From: the human T2T-CHM13v2.0 reference genome, Homo sapiens
Length of the DNA stretch: 64,000 nt
Assembly: GCF_009914755.1 (NCBI RefSeq)
Contig: NC_060927.1
Strand: one strand, 5' to 3'
The translations under genes and the position numbers were made by a program. Below, piece after piece: positions 57,555 through 64,000 of this stretch; position 1 is the stretch's first letter, and every line of letters starts with the position of its first letter. Under the pieces are notes generated by a model. That model saw nothing but the letters and a program-made list of their open reading frames with translations. It had not been told where the DNA came from and searched no databases.

Positions 57555-57797
57555 CTATTTGGCTTCTTATACTAAACTGAGATATTTTTTGTTCCTTCAC
57601 AGAGGCAAGGGAGAAGCTTTTAGATATAGACAGACATAGGTCTCAGCCAAATAAATAAAGAATGAGTGATCGGTTAATTTATCTATTTTTTTTTCCCTCC
57701 TGCATCTAACAAAGTTCAGGAAAGACATTCTGTATAATTTAACAGGAAAGAGATGCTAACAAAGTTATTGAAAAGACTGGAGCTACTGGGTTTAAGA

Positions 57798-58020
<223 letters not shown>

Positions 58021-58965
58021 TAGCCACAATCCAGGGATAAGGAAGATGTGATTAGGAAGCCACTGCTGAGGCCTCAGAAACTTTTCTCAACATCTTAATA
58101 GTTAGTGATGGGGCACTGGATTGGCCTATGGAGTGTCCTTTTGCCCTTCATGATTCCCTGGTATTGCTTGCCAGTAGAAATAGTAGCAGGAAGATTCAGC
58201 TTCACTTCCACCTTCCAGATCACACACAAGGAAATCTTACTGGCGGAACCTAATTTACTAGCTTTGAGGAAGTATGGGGAATGTAATTTTTAAGTCGGCT
58301 TCTGTGATGCAGAAAGGCACTCTAGCTGGTGGAAATAGTCTGATTGAGCCAGCCAAGAGAATATATCTACCCCCAACTTATCCATTTAAAATCCCCAGGA
58401 GTTATTATTCTGAAATACTTAATGTTTATAAGTAATTATAACACTGTAATATAATTACACTATGAAATTATGTTTAATATTTGTTTATTTATGTAAAATA
58501 TATAAACTTAATATAATTAATACCCTGAAAAAACAGGCCAGTTGCCCACGTTCAGTTTCTGAACTGAGTTCTTATTTTTGACGACAGCAGTTGATTTGCA
58601 ATTTTCCAGTTCAGTTTAATCTCCTCCTGGGAGTCATACCCTAGGACAGTTGTCTTGTTTACAAAATTTCTTCACAAACATTTATTAAACACTTACTATG
58701 GACCTGTCCCTGAGCTGGATTTGGCAATGTGGGGAGAGAGAAGTCAAGGATTCTTCCACTGGGAGCCAATACTGGGAAGGAGAATAAATCAGGCACACAG
58801 TTAGAACAGGGCAAGGAAGATGTTGATCAATGCCCTACACAGCAGGCTCAGCAAATCCAGGGAAGAGAGATTATTCTGACTGGGCTGAGAAGTAGAGAGT
58901 TTTATATAGTCTGTGATCCGGTGATTCTCTTTTGGGGGTAGTACCATCTCATTATGGGGCATTTA

Positions 58966-59356
<391 letters not shown>

Positions 59357-60583
59357 TTAGACGTCCTTTAATACATGAAGACACCACAGATAAAAAACTG
59401 TCTTTCTCCAAAGGGTCATCTCATTCCTGTTGAAGACTACGAGTGTGCTTGATGATGTGTAGGACGTGGATATTTGGTGTTGGGAGTGGAAGGATAGCAG
59501 GTCAAGCAGAGGGGACAAGGTGAGCCAAGAGTTTAGTTTAAATAAAGCAAAGAATATATGTTGAGTGGCAATGGGAGAAAGTTTATGGTGGCAATAGAAG
59601 CTTCGGTCCCGGTTGTGGAGAAACTAGAGCTACTAGATAAAGCACTTGGACTTCCCCTGTTGCCATTGGGAAGCCATTTCAGATATTGGAGCAGGTCCTT
59701 GAGAGCAGAAACGTAGCCTCGTCTTGGCACCATGCATCATGTAAACATCAGTAATGCTTTTTGAATGAATGAATGCCTCAAACTGTAGTTTACAGGTGTT
59801 AGACTAGTGGGTACCTGAGTTTTGCCAGATTTAGGATCCTGTGGTTCTGGGAGGGCCCTGGCAGCCAGCATTTGGACTTTTAGAGAATACATGGAAAGGG
59901 CACAGTGGCGTGCCACACAGATACTGTCTCCACATTGTGGTCAGGCAGCAGCAGTACTTGCTGACACCGAAGAGAGATGTGAAAAAGAGAGATTCTTGCA
60001 TGGACTCCTGTGTGAGGCCCATAAGCCATGAGGCATGTAGGGAGCAGACTGTGTCGTCTGCATCAATGCTCTTGCATCTTGAGCTTTTAAAAAATTGCCA
60101 TTCAAACCAGCAATTTGCTGACAAGGTTCACGCGCTATGACCATGACTGCAGTTGATCCTGGGGAGTGGCTTGCTTGTCTGCCTGGGGATGGCAGCCGCG
60201 TGCGTTCCCTGTGCTGTCCTGTAGGGTTGTGGTGGCTTTCTGATATTCAGGTTGGTCCCTTTTCCTTCTTTTTGGATGGGCTTTCGAGGTTGGGAGAGGA
60301 AGCTCAGGGATGGAACTGACTAAACATATGTGAGATGTTTCCTTGTTTGCTGCTCATGGAGGTTTCATTTCTGAAGTCTTTTCTTGGGAGGGAAAAGGAT
60401 GTGTGGATATATGAGGTGACTCTAGAACCCTCATTTTATGGATGAAGAAACTGTGATTCACAGAGGGAGAGTGATTTGTCCAGTGTCACGTGGGGAGCTG
60501 GCCGGGGAGCCAGACCTCCTGTACCTTTTATTGCAGGGTTTATTTTATATATATTTGCTGGCAAAAAGAAGGAAAGAGAAACA

Positions 60584-61339
<756 letters not shown>

Positions 61340-62828
61340 TAAATTACACCCACTTTGGGGGAAGAGAGAGTGGTGTGTGCAGGCTTTGGTGCCAAAGGCT
61401 TGCACATGGTTACTGGCTCAGCCACTTACTATAAAATTTGTAAAATAGGCACCATGGACACATCTGATATTAAGCATTTAAAAAGAGGAGCTGTGTGAAA
61501 AGTTTTGTTGACTACAAAGAGCTACAGACATCTTCCTTTTTATCTTGATGTGGATGTTTATGCACTGGGAATTGGTGGGGCCATCTTTAGAGAAGGGGTG
61601 GGCCAGTGAAGACACTACTGACCATACCCCAATCAGAAAACACTCCCAAGGGGCTCACTTCCCCACTGTGCAGTAAAGAGGTTTTGCACTGAGATTTGGA
61701 GGTACAGCACAAGGCGGGGAAAGCATGAGCCAAGTTTTGAGTCCTGTGGAATTGAGGGTGCACTCCTGCCTGGGGCCAGGGGTTCTTGTAGCAATATAAA
61801 GGGAGACGTGGCTAAAAACATAGATTGGGCTCATCCTGGAGGCCTTGAGTCTGGCCTGAGGGTGAGTGGATGCTATCGTTTGTGTTGTTTAGAGCACTGG
61901 TGAGGAGTCAACTGGGAAAATCTCAATGAAATGCATCTTTAGGATGTGCCGGGAATCTTGGCAGTAACTCAGGAGGGCAACAGGGAATCTTGCAATTGGA
62001 GTAGCGGGGGGTGATTCTCAAGTTTTGGACACATTCTAAGTAACTTTTTGCAGTGCTTCAACTTTTTACTTGAGTTTATAATAACAATGGCAATATTTTT
62101 TATAGTTGTAGAGCTATATGAAATATTTTTACACCTGTTGGCTTCATTGTTCATACAATATCTTAGTGAGGGGGAAGGTAGGATTGTTTTCGTTCCTGTT
62201 TTACAGACAAGGAAATTGAGGCTCAGAGAGCAGATGGGATTTCTCTGGCCGCTTGGCTGGTTGATGTGGAAGTCAGGAGTGAGGATGCCAAGTTTCACAC
62301 TTCTTCCTGTGCCAATGACCTGGAGGAGTGTTTTTCTCAAATTCACATTTCTTTATCCTCCACAGTCTTGGGTGTCACTCTTGGAAGTGTAAGATGGTCA
62401 TGAGTTTCAAAGATTTCTGAGATAAGCTGTTAAGATTTTCAAAGATGAGCTATAGAGAATTTGGGACATAAAATGTGTTTCTTCCAGTAACTCTTGCTTG
62501 CTATCATGTTGTTGGTTCAAATTGAACATGTTGATAAGTGCCAGGGAGGAAAGAAACCAGTACCTGCTACTTATTGGGCACCTTTTTTGCCCTGAACTCA
62601 GTACTGCCTGCTTTTCCATTTGAGTATCTAGAAACATTTATGGATGGAGTGATTGTAATATTGTACAATTCTGTCAACTAGTTTATTAGCTAATTCTCAT
62701 AAAAGCCTTAGGAGGTAGATAAACAATATTATTTTCCATTTTACAGATGAGAAAACTGAGGTTTAGAGAGATGAAATAACTTGCTTATAACTTGCTTGAG
62801 AGAACACAGGTCCTAAATAGATTATAAT

Positions 62829-63132
62829 CTTTTTTTTTTTTTTTTTTTTTTTGGCAGAGTCTTGCTCTGTCATCCAGGCTGGAGTGCAATGGTGCAATCT
62901 TGGCTCACTGCAACCTCCGCCCCACCAGGTTCAAGCGATTCTCCTGCTTCAGCCTCCCAAGTAGCTGGGATTACAGGTGCACACCACCACACCCAGCTAA
63001 TTTTTGTATTTTTAGTAGAGACGGGGTTTCACCGTGTTGGCCAGGCTGGTCTTGAACTCCTGACCTCAAGTGATCTGCCTGCCTCGGCCTCCCAAAGTGC
63101 TGGGATTACAGGCCTGAGCCACTGCACCCAGC
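62829..63132 (-). mobile_element. Alu (AluS-type)
   Basis: Reverse dimeric Alu with a long poly-T. Confidence 0.96.
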
Positions 63133-64000
63133 TGTAAGTAGAGTATAATGTAAGTTTTCTAATTTGAGACTTCTTTCTTCCTTGCTGCACCCCATCTACG
63201 CCATGTGTTGCCCATCCCACTGGTGAAAATGCAGAGCTGCTTGTTAAGGAGGTACATGTCAGACCTTGGAATTTACTGGAATCAGACCTGGAAGGTACTA
63301 TGAAGAGCTCAGAAGGCTGGTGGTTTTCAAGCTGTTCTCTTCTGAGCCTGAGAGACTCCAGGAGTCATCTTGAGGGATATAGCACGGAGGGAGGTGAAAA
63401 GTGGTGGGAAGTGGAGGAAGGAAGGGGACCGCTAGAGCCAACCTGAGTCGCTCTGCTTTTTCCTATTTTGTAAGCTAAGCATTGTCAAAGCATCCATTTA
63501 AAGGAAAAGTTCTGCTGCTACATATAAAAGTTAAAAAACCACTGTGTCTACCCTTCCTTTTGCTAACACTGAGAGGCAGAGTGGTTCAGCACAAGGGGAC
63601 ACAAAGTGGCTTAGCACGAGTCACGAGATGTGACGGGTCTGAGACCTCTCAGCCTAGAGCTCCCTTACCCCTGGGCCACTTTGTTAGACACACCTCCTTT
63701 AATTCAAATCCCCGTCTCAGTGGGACATGGCTTTTTCATTTTTTCAAGGAAAGGTTTAATCTGTCCAGATCCCTGTGAAGATCTTGGCTCTTGGCGCACC
63801 TGCTGGAGGTTCGAGGTCCTGCAACCACAGAGTAGCTGCAGGACCTTCAGGATGTCCCGAGCCACAAGGTCTTTGACCTGCATTTTGCAACCTGGTTGTG
63901 TCTCCCCTTTGGACTCTGGGAACCTTGCTGAGATTGGTACAATATCTGTGCTAAAAAGGTTTGAAATTATAGCTAGTATTGTGTTACCTTCCTGGTCCAA

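Overview
Primate, almost certainly human, genomic DNA. It has ~29 Alu elements or monomers plus MIR, L2, L1M, MaLR LTR and hAT/Tc2 DNA-transposon relics. One CpG-island promoter (~10.7-12.2 kb) carries a (GCC)9(ACC)3 repeat and several + strand splice donors, followed by ~52 kb with no recognisable coding exon. This fits the 5' end and long first intron of a gene I cannot name from sequence alone. Almost all listed ORFs are Alu, low-complexity or chance frames. The one protein-homologous segment is a decayed, internally deleted SNU13 (NHP2L1/15.5K) retrocopy at ~3.9-4.2 kb that is still an open frame. Best leads: (1) a strong-Kozak 38-aa uORF reading the CCG repeat as Pro13 and stopping 1 nt before a splice donor; (2) the SNU13 retro-ORF; (3) a 120-bp templated insertion copied from 1.18 kb upstream into an Alu; (4) a ~650-bp AT-rich tract enclosed in the TSD of an Alu monomer; (5) a 44-bp minisatellite; (6) an inverted Alu pair 50 bp apart. 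I see no convincing evidence of a wholly new biological system. Repeat-family calls come from remembered consensus sequences and boundaries are approximate.
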